Assembly (NCBI GenBank): GCA_017852835.1
Contig: JAFMKS010000005.1
Span: 4,449-68,448 of the forward strand
DNA length: 64,000 nucleotides
DNA from: Paracoccaceae bacterium
Lineage (GTDB): Bacteria; Pseudomonadota; Alphaproteobacteria; Rhodobacterales; Rhodobacteraceae
Direction: 5' to 3'
This document shows, one piece after another, positions 1-10,636 of the stretch (its first letter is position 1; every line of letters begins with the position of its first letter). The notes beneath the pieces were generated by a model, which was not told where the DNA came from, did not search any database, and saw only the letters and a program-made list of their open reading frames with translations. The position numbers were made by a program, and so were the translations under genes.

Positions 1-1226
1 TTGGCAACTGCGCCTGATGTTGTTGGATCAAGAGCACCCGTTTCTTTGAAATAGTTGATTGTTTCATCGTAAACGGGCGCGTAGCAGTTGTCTGGGATCA
101 CACATTTTGTGTCCGCTGGTTTTCCATCTGGTCCCCAACCTTTGCCCCCTGCGCGGATGACCGCGGGCATGGATGCGTCGATGATGACATCTGATGGTAC
201 GTGCAGGTTTGTGATACCACGATCACTGTCAACCATATACATCGGTGCCTTGTCGGCCATGATTACATTGAAATCGGCCAGAATCTCCGGTTGATCCGCA
301 ATGCGGTCCAAAACATCACCCAGACCTGAATTTGGATTCACGCCCGCTGCGGCAAGCGCATCAGCATGCTTTTCAAAGGCTTCTTCAAAGTAGACTGAAA
401 CAGCGTGACCAAAGATGATCGGATCAGACACCTTCATCATTGTTGCCTTCATGTGCAATGAAAACAAAACGCCTTCTTCTTTTGCTTTGGCGATTTCGCT
501 GCGTAGGAAATCACGTAGGGCAGATGCACGCATGAATGTCGCGTCAACAACGGTACCAGGTAGGATGTCGATGCCGTCTTTCAGGACGCTCACGTTACCA
601 TCTGCATCTGTGAATTCGATTTTCGCAGGACCCGCTTGCGCATCAGTGACAGTGGCGGATACTTCGTTTGAACGGAAATCATTGCCATCCATTGAGGCTA
701 CGTGTGTTTTTGATGTGCTGACCCATTCGCCCATAGAGTGTGGGTTTTTCATCGCATAGTTTTTAACCGCCCGCGCCGCGCGACGGTCTGAGTTACCTTC
801 ACGAAGAACGGGGTTTACGGCCGATCCTTTGATTGCATCATACCGCGCACGAATTGATTTTTCTTCGTCTGTAGTTGCCTCTTCTGGATAATCAGGAAGC
901 GCATAGCCCTGTTCCTGAAGTTCGGCAATCGCGGCGCTTAGCTGTGGAACAGACGCGGAAATGTTGGGAAGCTTGATAACATTTGCAGATGGTGTTTTTA
1001 CCAATTCACCAAGGGCGGCCAAATCATCGGTTTGACGCTGCTCTTCTGTCAAAAATTCGGGGAAGGCGGAAATGATTCGTCCAGCAAGAGAGATGTCCTT
1101 GGTCCCAATAGTCACGCCCGCCGCAGAAGCGAATGAACGGATGATGGGCAGTAGCGATGCACTCGCCAATTCGGGCGCTTCGTCTACAATTGTATACAAT
1201 ATATCGGGGTTTGCTGTATCGGTCAT
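1..1226 (-). CDS. icd: Monomeric NADP-dependent isocitrate dehydrogenase (5' part; runs off window start)
   Basis: Manual minus-strand translation from ATG at 1226 gives [29 protein letters not shown]...DISLAGRII...[15 protein letters not shown]...[18 protein letters not shown], diagnostic of monomeric IDH. Absent from the ORF track because it is truncated. Confidence 0.95.
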   Translation of the reverse strand, partial: MTDTANPDILYTIVDEAPELASASLLPIIRSFASAAGVTIGTKDISLAGRIISAFPEFLTEEQRQTDDLAALGELVKTPSANVIKLPNISASVPQLSAAIAELQEQGYALPDYPEEATTDEEKSIRARYDAIKGSAVNPVLREGNSDRRAARAVKNYAMKNPHSMGEWVSTSKTHVASMDGNDFRSNEVSATVTDAQAGPAKIEFTDADGNVSVLKDGIDILPGTVVDATFMRASALRDFLRSEIAKAKEEGVLFSLHMKATMMKVSDPIIFGHAVSVYFEEAFEKHADALAAAGVNPNSGLGDVLDRIADQPEILADFNVIMADKAPMYMVDSDRGITNLHVPSDVIIDASMPAVIRAGGKGWGPDGKPADTKCVIPDNCYAPVYDETINYFKETGALDPTTSGAVA

Positions 1227-1408
1227 AAATTTCCTACCTTTCAAGCCTTACGGAAGCTTTCGTCAAAGCCGCGTCGTGTCTTACGTTTTGATCACTATGC
1301 AGACGCAGCATTTTTTGTGAATGACAGCGTCCGCATACAGGATGCAGATAGAAAATTCAATTAGGTAATCAGAAACGTTGCAATATGACGCTGTACAAAT
1401 GCGTCAAA

Positions 1409-2335
1409 CTACAGATCCTGTTCATAGGGTGGATTACAACCCGCGCTTTGACAGTTTAGGGCAGCGGCCTTTGCCGCGCGTGTCACGATCCGTGCTAATT
1501 CGTCTTTTGCGATGGAGCCTAGTTTTGACGCGGAGAGGCCAGTTTTAGAAATTTCAACCAGTAACGTGCCCATGAATGTATCCCCAGCACCCACAGTATC
1601 CACCAATGGCTCTGCCTGTGCCGCGGCAACGTCAAACTGTGTCGATCCGCAACGGACAACGGCGCCATCTGCACCCTTGGTTAAAATAATTATGGCGGCC
1701 TGCGTTTCAGAACAGATTTGTTCAAAGGCTTCCATTAATGGCTGATCAGGGGCCAAATATTCCAAATCCTCATCAGATAGTTTCAGAACGCGCGCATGTT
1801 TCATAACACGGAGAAGGCGGGCAACATATTGATCCTTATCTTTGACCACCACTGGGCGCGCATTGGGATCAAGGCTGGTGATCACATCATTCGCAGCAAG
1901 AGTAGCAAAACGTTGTTCCCATAAATCTGCGTCTGCGCCTTCGATTAACGCAAGCGACCCGATGTGAAACACGCGTGTCTGATCTGAAATGGCGGCGTCC
2001 AAGGTGTCGGGTGTAATTTGGCGGTCCGCGGTGGCGCTGCGATAAAACTGATAACTGGGCTGACCATTATTGACGGACACAACTGCCAAAGAGGTTGGTG
2101 CATCAGTGCGCGGCGTGGCCAATTGGATGCCATCGTCGATCAGGCGCTGGGCCAACACGTTGCCCAAGCTATCGGTGGAGATTGGGGTTACATAGCTGAC
2201 TGTTTGACCCTGACGCGCTGCTGCAATTGCAACGTTATAACATGATCCGCCGGGGATGGCAGTATAGACGGGCAAACCATCTTTCACCTCGGTTTGAACG
2301 TAATCGATTAGGTTTTCACCACCGATAGTAATCAT
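1409..2335 (-). CDS. PfkB family carbohydrate kinase (fructokinase-like)
   Basis: GENLID, PGGSCYNVA, SLDPNARP, LKLSDEDL, LTKGADG and VDTVGAGDTF motifs. Confidence 0.9.
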   Translation of the reverse strand: MITIGGENLIDYVQTEVKDGLPVYTAIPGGSCYNVAIAAARQGQTVSYVTPISTDSLGNVLAQRLIDDGIQLATPRTDAPTSLAVVSVNNGQPSYQFYRSATADRQITPDTLDAAISDQTRVFHIGSLALIEGADADLWEQRFATLAANDVITSLDPNARPVVVKDKDQYVARLLRVMKHARVLKLSDEDLEYLAPDQPLMEAFEQICSETQAAIIILTKGADGAVVRCGSTQFDVAAAQAEPLVDTVGAGDTFMGTLLVEISKTGLSASKLGSIAKDELARIVTRAAKAAALNCQSAGCNPPYEQDL

Positions 2336-2994
2336 TTTCGTTCTCCTTTGGCGGCACGTTCAAATTCCTGTGCCGCTGCTTCGGTAAGTTCGTTGTGAAA
2401 TAGGTCCTGCGCAATTGCGGGCGCGATCGTAAAACAATCATGACCAATTTCGGCGATGTCCACCATTTGCTGTGCGCTGCGCAATGATGCGATCAAGGGG
2501 CGGCATGGCCCATTCGATGACATGGCGTGGATTGCGCGCATGTGCGTCATAGCGTCAAGGCCAGCTTCTACCATGCGTCCAAAGTATGGGGCAATATAAT
2601 CCGCACCAAGTGCGTTTGCCGTCACCATCTGTTTGGCATCATAACAGGCCGTCATCAGGGTTTTACCACCCAGTCCCTGGATCTTTGGCGTGAGAGAAAT
2701 GCCCCAAGAGTTGAGCGGTATTTTTACAACGCAATCGATGTTAGATGATGCCCCATATGCATAAAGGTTCTCGGCAAAGCGAAGCGCGTCGGTTTCGTTG
2801 CCAATGACCTGCGCATGAAATTCCTGCGCACCGGCATCGGCGGCGATTTGAACCATGTCTTGCCAGTTGATCTGATGATATGTCAGCCCCGCACGCACGG
2901 CCAGCAGCGGGTTTGTCGTGATGCCATAGAACACACCGCTTGGCATCCATTCTGCCCATGCAGTTTGATCAGCCGTATCAAGATATAGACGCAT
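2332..2994 (-). CDS. Transaldolase-family protein, fructose-6-phosphate aldolase (FSA)-type
   Basis: MRLYLDTAD, GITTNP, Schiff-base VKIP, HAQV, IAPYFGR and ASLRS motifs. Start reassigned to ATG 2994; 4-nt overlap with the kinase gene. Confidence 0.85.
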   Translation of the reverse strand: MRLYLDTADQTAWAEWMPSGVFYGITTNPLLAVRAGLTYHQINWQDMVQIAADAGAQEFHAQVIGNETDALRFAENLYAYGASSNIDCVVKIPLNSWGISLTPKIQGLGGKTLMTACYDAKQMVTANALGADYIAPYFGRMVEAGLDAMTHMRAIHAMSSNGPCRPLIASLRSAQQMVDIAEIGHDCFTIAPAIAQDLFHNELTEAAAQEFERAAKGERK

Positions 2995-3126
2995 AGCAGG
3001 TGTGCTTCCCGTATATGAAAATGTTAACGCTACCATTCCTTATGTCGCGTGATAGCGAATTCGATGAGATCAGGCAATAACGCATCAAGTCCGCGCTGAA
3101 AATGAGTGATCGTGCCATGCAAATAT

Positions 3127-4479
3127 TTAAAGCGCGGGACCCAAAATAATCGGATCACCGTTTTTAAAGCGATCATATCGAAATCTGTGCAACATATGAT
3201 TGGACTGTTTCCCGCTCATCATATCTGCGACGAGGCGTCCAACACCAGGTCCGATACCAAATCCATGTCCCGACATTCCTGTTGCGATCGTCAGACCCGG
3301 AATATCCGAACATCTATCAATAATGGGCACAACATCGGGCATCGTGTCGATCAATCCTGCCCAGGCGCCTGATACGGTCCAACCTTTGAACTGTGGAAAT
3401 GCGCGGTCAAAGGATTTCTTTATGATGCGCATCGCCTTTTGTGATGGCGCTGGGTTTAAAATGCGGGTGCGTTCAAAGGGGGTTTCTTCCTCAGCAGTCC
3501 AGGATCGTTTGACAGTCCAACTATCTGGATAGTTGGGGGGACCAAAGGGGTTTAAGCGATTATTGAAGGGGTCATTTTTAACAGCGGGCCAAAATGATTT
3601 AGCATTTCGCAAGCCATCCCAGCCCAAAAAGAGATCATGCGTACTGCTGGTTGCGAGTGAATACCCACCATCGGTGCGGTGGCGGAACGCCAATTTACTA
3701 TCGACAGCACCGCCTGCGAACACTTCTGGCAGTTCAGATGTTTTGACCACGGTTGCGCGCACAGATAGTTGTGGGATGCGCACACCATGCCCCTGCAAAA
3801 ACAGTGAAGACCACGCGCCCCCACACAACAGTACCTGTTCACAGGCGATATGGCCGTGTTCTGTGATGACACCACTGATCTGACCATTTTTGGTGTCCAG
3901 TCGACGCGCGGCACAATTTTCACGGATCAAAACGCCCTCTTCCGCGGCTAATCGGGCAAGGGCAGGCACCGCCACCCAAGGTTCTGCGCGCATATCGGAT
4001 GGTGTGTGCAATGCCCCGCGATATGACCGATTCAAGTCAGGGATCATCGCCTGCACCTGAGAGCGCGACATTAGGTTCGATTGAAGTCCATGCTCGGCCG
4101 CAAGAGATGTGAATGCTTCATAGCGTTCAAGTTCACTGTCACTATCACTGAAATAAACGATACCACCCTGACGCAGCCCGATATCGCAATCCAGTTGCGC
4201 ATTCAGATCCTGCCAAATGCGATTGGCCTCCATCATAATGGGTAGCTCATCTGGGTCGCGTCCCTGTTGGCGTATCCATCCCCAATTACGGGACGATTGT
4301 TCACCTGCCACACGTCCCTTTTCGCACACGAAAACAGATTGCCCATGACGGCGCAAAAAAAGGGCGGCGCAAATACCAATCACGCCGCCGCCGATGATAA
4401 CAATATCCACCTTATCGGGTAACGCCTGCGCATGTTGTAGTGGCGTATGTATCCCGATCGGAAAGGTGAATGCCGACAT
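3127..4479 (-). CDS. FAD-dependent oxidoreductase, DadA/DAO family
   Basis: IIGGGVIG FAD motif, GEQSSRNWGW, WAGLID and GMSGHGFGIGPG. Confidence 0.9.
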   Translation of the reverse strand: MSAFTFPIGIHTPLQHAQALPDKVDIVIIGGGVIGICAALFLRRHGQSVFVCEKGRVAGEQSSRNWGWIRQQGRDPDELPIMMEANRIWQDLNAQLDCDIGLRQGGIVYFSDSDSELERYEAFTSLAAEHGLQSNLMSRSQVQAMIPDLNRSYRGALHTPSDMRAEPWVAVPALARLAAEEGVLIRENCAARRLDTKNGQISGVITEHGHIACEQVLLCGGAWSSLFLQGHGVRIPQLSVRATVVKTSELPEVFAGGAVDSKLAFRHRTDGGYSLATSSTHDLFLGWDGLRNAKSFWPAVKNDPFNNRLNPFGPPNYPDSWTVKRSWTAEEETPFERTRILNPAPSQKAMRIIKKSFDRAFPQFKGWTVSGAWAGLIDTMPDVVPIIDRCSDIPGLTIATGMSGHGFGIGPGVGRLVADMMSGKQSNHMLHRFRYDRFKNGDPIILGPAL

Positions 4480-4485
4480 TTATGT

Positions 4486-7335
4486 TTATTCCGCTGCTTG
4501 TGAATAATCGCTCATTGGGGGGCATACGCAGATCAAGTTACGATCCCCATATGCGTTGTCCACACGATTCACTGGAGGCCAATATTTGTCTACACGGAAT
4601 GCACCTGGTGGGAAACATCCCTGTTCGCGGGAATAGGGGCGATCCCACGGGCCGACCAAATCCTCGACAGTGTGTGGCGCATTTTTCAGCGGATTGTTGT
4701 CGTGATCCATTGTACCGTTTTCGATTTCGGCGATTTCCGTACGAATGGCCAGCATCGCATCGCAGAAACGGTCCAATTCGGATTTGGTTTCTGATTCAGT
4801 TGGTTCAACCATCAATGTGCCCGCAACGGGCCAGGACATTGTTGGGGCGTGGAACCCGCAGTCCATCAGGCGTTTTGCGATATCTTCAACAGTGATGCCT
4901 GCACTTTCGGCGAATGGGCGCACATCAAGGATACATTCATGGGCAACGCGACCATTGCTCCCCTTATAAAGTACGTCAAAAGCGCCTTCTAAACGCTTTG
5001 CAATATAATTGGCGTTCAGGATCGCAACACGGGTCGCCTGCGTTAGCCCCTCTCCGCCCATCATCAGGCAGTAGGCCCATGATATTGGAAGCAGCGAGGG
5101 AGAGCCAAATGGCGCTGCGGACACTGGACCAGCTGCGGTTTCTGCTAACGGATGACCGGGCAAATGCGGTACCAGATGCGCCTTTACACCGATTGGACCC
5201 ATGCCTGGTCCGCCACCGCCATGCGGGATGCAGAATGTTTTGTGCAAATTCAGGTGACTTACATCGCCGCCAATATCACCTGGACGGGACAGTCCGACCA
5301 TGGCGTTCATATTAGCGCCATCAATGTAAACCTGACCACCAAATTCATGCGTGATTGCGCAAACTTCATGCACTGTTTCCTCAAACACCCCATGTGTCGA
5401 CGGGTAGGTGATCATGCAGCCTGCGAGGTTATCCTTGTTGGCTTCAGCCTTCTGGCGGAAATCATCAATATCAATGTCCCCATTTTCGTCCGAGTTTACG
5501 GCAACGACTTTCCAACCAACCATTTGCGCGCTGGCTGGGTTTGTCCCATGGGCTGACATTGGGATCAGGCAAACGTTGCGATGCGCCTCACCACGTGCGG
5601 TGTGATATTCCGCAATTGTCAAAAGGCCTGCATATTCGCCTTGTGCCCCTGAATTGGGTTGCATCGAAATCGCATCGTATCCAGTGATATGACACAATTT
5701 ATCAGACAAATCATCAATCAGTTCCTGATAGCCTTCGGTTTGATCCACTGGAGCATACGGGTGGATCAATGAAAATTCGCGCCAGCTAACGGGCATCATT
5801 TCTGCAACGGAATTTAGCTTCATCGTGCAGGATCCCAGCGGGATCATGGCACGATCCAATGCCAGATCACGATCTGAGAGACGGCGCATGTAGCGCATCA
5901 TTTCCGTTTCGGCACGGTTCATGTGAAACACATCATGTTCCAAATATTTTGTGGTGCGCTTATTTATATCAGGAATACGATACTCTGGCGTCAAATCATC
6001 ATCGGCTCGTTCAATGCCGAACGCGCGCCAAACCGCTTCGGTTGTTTCGCGTCGGGTGCGTTCATCAAACGAAATGCCCACTTTGGTCTTGCCAACGCGG
6101 CGTAGGTTTATGCCTTCGTTCACAGCAGCTTGGATAACCCCCTTTTGCAGCAAACCAACATCAACCGTGATTGTGTCAAAAAACGCCGCAGGTTCGACGG
6201 TAAATCCTGCCTCTTCCAACCCTTTGACAAGGCGCACGGTTTTGCGGTGAATGCGCTGTGCGATCGCCTTTAACCCCTCGGGCCCATGGAAAACGGCATA
6301 AAACGACGCCATCACCGCAAGTAATGCTTGGGCGGTACACACGTTTGATGTCGCCTTTTCGCGGCGAATATGCTGTTCACGGGTCTGTAGCGACAGGCGG
6401 TAGGCTTTGTTCCCATGGCTGTCGATTGAAATGCCTACGATTCGACCTGGCATGGATCGTTTATAGGCGTCTTTCGTTGCCATATACGCAGCGTGTGGTC
6501 CCCCGTATCCTTCAGGCACACCGAAGCGCTGGGTGCTACCAACTGCGATATCGGCGCCCATCGCGCCTGGATCTTTCAGAAGCGTCAATGCAAGCGGATC
6601 GGCCGAAACGATGCCAATCGCCTTTTGTGCATGCAGCGCGGACATTTCATTCGTGAAATCACGGAGGTGTCCATGTGTTCCAGGATACTGAAAAATTGCC
6701 CCAAATACCACAGCTGGGTCCAGATCGTCGGGGTTTCCAACAATTAACTGAATGCCCAGCGGTTTAGCGCGGGTTTTCATGACCGCAATGTTTTGGGGAT
6801 GACAGTTTTCGTCAACAAAGAACGCGGTTGCTTTTGATTTGGCCACGCGCTGGGCCATGGTCATGGCCTCTGCGCAGGCTGTCGCTTCGTCCAATAGAGA
6901 TGCGTTTGCGATTTCCAAACCTGTCAGATCCGAAATCATTGTTTGAAAATTCAACAATGCCTCAAGGCGCCCCTGAGAGATTTCTGGCTGATATGGTGTA
7001 TATGCGGTGTACCACGCAGGGTTTTCCAGAATGTTGCGTTGGATCACAGGTGGTGTGACAGTGCCATAATATCCCTGACCAATTAGGCTGTTCATGACTT
7101 TGTTTTTCGATGCCGTGACGCGCATGTGATATAGCAATTCCCGTTCTGACATGGGTTTGCCGAAATCTAACGGCTCTTTCTGGCGGATCGATTCAGGCAA
7201 TGTCTCGTCGATCAATGCGTTGAGATTAGGAGCACCCACCATTTTCAACATGTCACTCATCTCGGCAGGAGATGGGCCAATGTGACGGCGGTTAGCAAAG
7301 TCATAGGGCAGATAGTCAGTTGGTTTAAAAGGCAT
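4486..7335 (-). CDS. gcvP: Glycine dehydrogenase (aminomethyl-transferring), P protein
   Basis: [15 protein letters not shown] and the PLP-lysine motif [18 protein letters not shown]; 949 aa. Confidence 0.98.
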   Translation of the reverse strand: MPFKPTDYLPYDFANRRHIGPSPAEMSDMLKMVGAPNLNALIDETLPESIRQKEPLDFGKPMSERELLYHMRVTASKNKVMNSLIGQGYYGTVTPPVIQRNILENPAWYTAYTPYQPEISQGRLEALLNFQTMISDLTGLEIANASLLDEATACAEAMTMAQRVAKSKATAFFVDENCHPQNIAVMKTRAKPLGIQLIVGNPDDLDPAVVFGAIFQYPGTHGHLRDFTNEMSALHAQKAIGIVSADPLALTLLKDPGAMGADIAVGSTQRFGVPEGYGGPHAAYMATKDAYKRSMPGRIVGISIDSHGNKAYRLSLQTREQHIRREKATSNVCTAQALLAVMASFYAVFHGPEGLKAIAQRIHRKTVRLVKGLEEAGFTVEPAAFFDTITVDVGLLQKGVIQAAVNEGINLRRVGKTKVGISFDERTRRETTEAVWRAFGIERADDDLTPEYRIPDINKRTTKYLEHDVFHMNRAETEMMRYMRRLSDRDLALDRAMIPLGSCTMKLNSVAEMMPVSWREFSLIHPYAPVDQTEGYQELIDDLSDKLCHITGYDAISMQPNSGAQGEYAGLLTIAEYHTARGEAHRNVCLIPMSAHGTNPASAQMVGWKVVAVNSDENGDIDIDDFRQKAEANKDNLAGCMITYPSTHGVFEETVHEVCAITHEFGGQVYIDGANMNAMVGLSRPGDIGGDVSHLNLHKTFCIPHGGGGPGMGPIGVKAHLVPHLPGHPLAETAAGPVSAAPFGSPSLLPISWAYCLMMGGEGLTQATRVAILNANYIAKRLEGAFDVLYKGSNGRVAHECILDVRPFAESAGITVEDIAKRLMDCGFHAPTMSWPVAGTLMVEPTESETKSELDRFCDAMLAIRTEIAEIENGTMDHDNNPLKNAPHTVEDLVGPWDRPYSREQGCFPPGAFRVDKYWPPVNRVDNAYGDRNLICVCPPMSDYSQAAE

Positions 7336-7368
7336 CTGAGTGCTCCTTTATCATAGGAAAAATTGGAA

Positions 7369-7728
7369 TTAACCGATCAAAGCGTTGTAGCCTGCTTCGT
7401 CCATGTATTCGTCCATTTGCGATAGGTCGCTTGGTTTGATTTTGAAAAACCATGCATCGCCCATCGGGTCTTCGTTCACCTTGGAGGGTTCGTCTGTCAG
7501 CGCCTCGTTGATTTCAACGATTTCACCATCAAGGGGAGCTAAAATATCTGATGCGGCTTTCACGCTTTCGATCACGACCACTTCATCGTCTTTCGATACT
7601 GTGTCGCCTTCTTCGGGTAGTTCGACAAATACGATGTCGCCCAATTGCGTGCTTGCGTGTTCTGTGATGCCGACGACAACAATGTCCCCTTCAACGCGTA
7701 GCCATTCGTGCTCTTCTGTGAATTTCAT
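7369..7728 (-). CDS. gcvH: Glycine cleavage system H protein
   Basis: HEW and lipoyl-lysine motif IESVKAAS. Confidence 0.98.
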   Translation of the reverse strand: MKFTEEHEWLRVEGDIVVVGITEHASTQLGDIVFVELPEEGDTVSKDDEVVVIESVKAASDILAPLDGEIVEINEALTDEPSKVNEDPMGDAWFFKIKPSDLSQMDEYMDEAGYNALIG

Positions 7729-7743
7729 TGATCCTCTCCTTGT

Positions 7744-8871
7744 TTAACGTTTGAAATTTGCGGGTACGAAAGGAAGTGCAGAGACTTCCACAGGGTGGCG
7801 TTTGCCGCGCACCTCTCCGTATAGCGTTGTGCCAACTGTCGCTAAATCTGCAGTGACATACCCCATTGCGACGGGTGCTTCGACGCTGGGCCCAAATCCG
7901 CCTGAAGTCACTTTGCCGACCGCGTCAGTGCTGGTTTCGTTGGCAAAAATTTCCACGCCCTCGCGCATTGGGGCGCGTCCCGTTGGGCGTAATCCGACAC
8001 GACCGTGCGGCGCACCATTTTCGATCTGGTTCAGGATAACATCCGCGCCTGGAAACCCACCTACGCGTGCGCCCTCTGTGCGTCGGGCTTTTTGTATTGC
8101 CCAATTTAACGATGCAGAGGTCGGCGTCGTGTCTGTGTCGATGTCATGCCCATAAAGGCATAATCCGGCCTCAAGCCGCAGTGAATCTCTTGCACCCAAT
8201 CCAATAAATTCAACATCGTCATGTGCCAGCAATGCACGTGCCACGGTTTCGGCCGCAGCAACAGGGATTGAGATTTCATAGCCATCTTCACCAGTATAGC
8301 CAGAACGTGAAACCCAACACTCTGCACCCGCGATAGGAAGAGTGTCCACATCCATAAAGCGCATGTCCGCAAATCTGGGATGGTACTCGGCCATGACGGC
8401 CTCGGCCGCGGGGCCCTGAATCGCCAAAAGGGCGCGATTGTCCAAGGATTTTACCGTAATAGCAGGTTCCAGGTGTTTTCTTAGATGCGCAATGTCGGCA
8501 TCTTTGCACGCGGCATTCACCACGACCAAAATGTGGTCTCCGCGATTTGCAAACATCAAATCATCCAAAATTCCGCCTTGGTCATTTGTAAAGAAACCAT
8601 AGCGCTGACGATCAACTCCCAGATCAAGGACGTTCATTGGAATCAAACGTTCCAACGCACGCGCTGTCGTTTCATAATCTGGCCCGCGTAGGATCACCTG
8701 CCCCATATGGCTGACATCAAATAATCCTGCCTTGGATCGCGTGTGCAAATGTTCTTTCATCACGCCTGCCGCATATTGTACGGGCATGTCATATCCTGCG
8801 AATGGCACCATTTTTGCGCCCAGTTCGAGGTGTAGATCATAAAATGGCGTTTGCTTTAGGCCTTCGCTCAT
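7744..8871 (-). CDS. gcvT: Glycine cleavage system aminomethyltransferase T
   Basis: GLFDVSHMG, RSGYTGEDGYEI and GLGARDSLRLEAG. Confidence 0.98.
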   Translation of the reverse strand: MSEGLKQTPFYDLHLELGAKMVPFAGYDMPVQYAAGVMKEHLHTRSKAGLFDVSHMGQVILRGPDYETTARALERLIPMNVLDLGVDRQRYGFFTNDQGGILDDLMFANRGDHILVVVNAACKDADIAHLRKHLEPAITVKSLDNRALLAIQGPAAEAVMAEYHPRFADMRFMDVDTLPIAGAECWVSRSGYTGEDGYEISIPVAAAETVARALLAHDDVEFIGLGARDSLRLEAGLCLYGHDIDTDTTPTSASLNWAIQKARRTEGARVGGFPGADVILNQIENGAPHGRVGLRPTGRAPMREGVEIFANETSTDAVGKVTSGGFGPSVEAPVAMGYVTADLATVGTTLYGEVRGKRHPVEVSALPFVPANFKR

Positions 8872-8940
8872 CCGGTTTCCTTCAATGTCTCACCGGATAA
8901 TCCGGCATCAATACGCTCGCGGTGCGATGTCCGCGGTTTG

Positions 8941-9099
8941 ATGCCCCCTCTGTCCTTTTGCCTGAGATCGCTATCCCTTCGGCGGATGTTAAACATCTCT
9001 CTCCAGAGTCTATTTACCCCATGGTCCTGCAGCCTGAGAGTTTCCGGGGGCGGTTGCTCCTTCGGCACTGGATTACCAGTTCTCCCATGGTGGTGCGTC
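8941..9099 (-). ncRNA. Tandem glycine riboswitch
   Basis: Minus strand reads GGGAGAA...GCCGAAGGAGCAACCGCCCCCGGAAACTCTCAGGC...GGACC, then CTCTGGAGAGA...CCGCCGAAGGG...CTCAGGCAAAAGGACAGAG; directly upstream of gcvT. Confidence 0.96.
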
Positions 9100-9197
9100 T
9101 ATGTAGACATATGTACACAAAATTTCCAACAAAATTTTTGTGCGCAGTGCAATTGATATGTTTGACACCGCTGAACGGGTGGTCCAACACTGCAGAT

Positions 9198-9761
9198 ATG
9201 AGTGATCCATATTTTTTCGGCTACGGCAGTCTCGTTAATACCAAAACCCACGTTTATCAGGATGCACGCCCAGCAAAACTGTCTGGATGGCGGCGCGTCT
9301 GGAAACGTACAAATGCGCGTGATATGGCGTTTTTGACGATTGTTCCGTCTGTTCGCACGGAATTACTTGGACTGATCGCCAAGGTGCCCAATGCCGATTG
9401 GGTTGCACTAGATGCCCGAGAAGAGGGATATGATCGTTTGGTGGCGACCGAAATGATTACACATGATCATTCTGATAATCCTGAACTGGCGATTTACGCG
9501 ATCCCCGAAGCAACGCGATTCCCGCCAACGCCCGATCATCCAATATTGCTCAGTTATTTGGATGTGGTTCTGCAGGGATATTTGCATGTTTTCGGGGCAG
9601 CAGGCGTTCAACACTTTATGGAGACCACGGATGGGTGGGATACGGTTGTGTTGAACGATCGTACAAATCCAATCTATCCACGCGCCCAATCGTTAAGCGT
9701 CGATGAAACCGCACTTGTCGATGCTTGTTTAATGCAGGTTGGTGCGCAACTTCGCGATTAG
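9198..9761 (+). CDS. Gamma-glutamylcyclotransferase-like (GGCT/ChaC-like) protein
   Basis: YFFGYGSLVN and LDAREEGY motifs; start reassigned to ATG 9198. Confidence 0.8.
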   Translation: MSDPYFFGYGSLVNTKTHVYQDARPAKLSGWRRVWKRTNARDMAFLTIVPSVRTELLGLIAKVPNADWVALDAREEGYDRLVATEMITHDHSDNPELAIYAIPEATRFPPTPDHPILLSYLDVVLQGYLHVFGAAGVQHFMETTDGWDTVVLNDRTNPIYPRAQSLSVDETALVDACLMQVGAQLRD

Positions 9762-10621
9762 ATCGCGGTTTTCATGCTTTCTTCGAGATAGATTTCCCGC
9801 AGTCTTGGAACGACAGATCCTGGTGCGCCGCTGGAAATTTTCTGTCCGTCTAATTCCACAACAGGGGTCACGAAGGCAGACGCACTGGTGATGAATGCCT
9901 CATCGGCTTGCTGTGCCTCTTCAATCGTAAAATTACGCTCTTCTATCTTCATTTGGGCTTCGTCCGCGAAACGCAAAACGGCGGCACGGGTGATACCGTG
10001 TAAGATGTTATTTGAAAGCGCGCGTGTGATGATGAGGCCATCTTTAACGATGTAGGCGTTATTGGATGTGCCTTCGGTCACATAGCCATCTTGAACCATC
10101 CATGCATCGTCGGCGCCTGCTTTTTGTGCCATCATTTTACCCATTGAGGGATACAAAAGCTGTACCGTTTTAATATCACGGCGTCCCCAGCGAATGTCCT
10201 CGATACTGATGACTTTTATCCCAGTTTGCGCGGATGGGCTATTGGCGAGGCCCGGCTTGCTTTGAGTAAAGAGCACCACCGTAGGAATTGTTGTTTCGGG
10301 GTCTGGCCAAACAAAGTCACGATCATTTGGTGCGCCGCGCGAAATCTGCAGATAAATCCCACCATCGACAAGGTCATTCGTGCGCACCAACTCGCGATGA
10401 ATGTTCAACCATTCCTCGCGTGTGTGGGGGTTGTTGATTTCCAATTCATCTAATGAACGTTGCAGGCGCACGATGTGCCCGTCAAAGTCGATTAGTTTGC
10501 TACCGAGTACGGATGTCACTTCATAAACCGCATCCGCCATTAGAAACCCACGATCAAAAATTGATACCTTGGCTTCGGTTTCGGGAAGGTACTCTCCGTT
10601 CACATAAACAGTCCGGTTCAT
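9758..10621 (-). CDS. dat: D-amino-acid transaminase (PLP fold IV)
   Basis: DRGFLMADAVYEV, DIKTVQLL, EGTSNN and ILHGITR. Confidence 0.92.
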   Translation of the reverse strand: MNRTVYVNGEYLPETEAKVSIFDRGFLMADAVYEVTSVLGSKLIDFDGHIVRLQRSLDELEINNPHTREEWLNIHRELVRTNDLVDGGIYLQISRGAPNDRDFVWPDPETTIPTVVLFTQSKPGLANSPSAQTGIKVISIEDIRWGRRDIKTVQLLYPSMGKMMAQKAGADDAWMVQDGYVTEGTSNNAYIVKDGLIITRALSNNILHGITRAAVLRFADEAQMKIEERNFTIEEAQQADEAFITSASAFVTPVVELDGQKISSGAPGSVVPRLREIYLEESMKTAI

Positions 10622-10636
10622 TCTAAATCCTTTATT

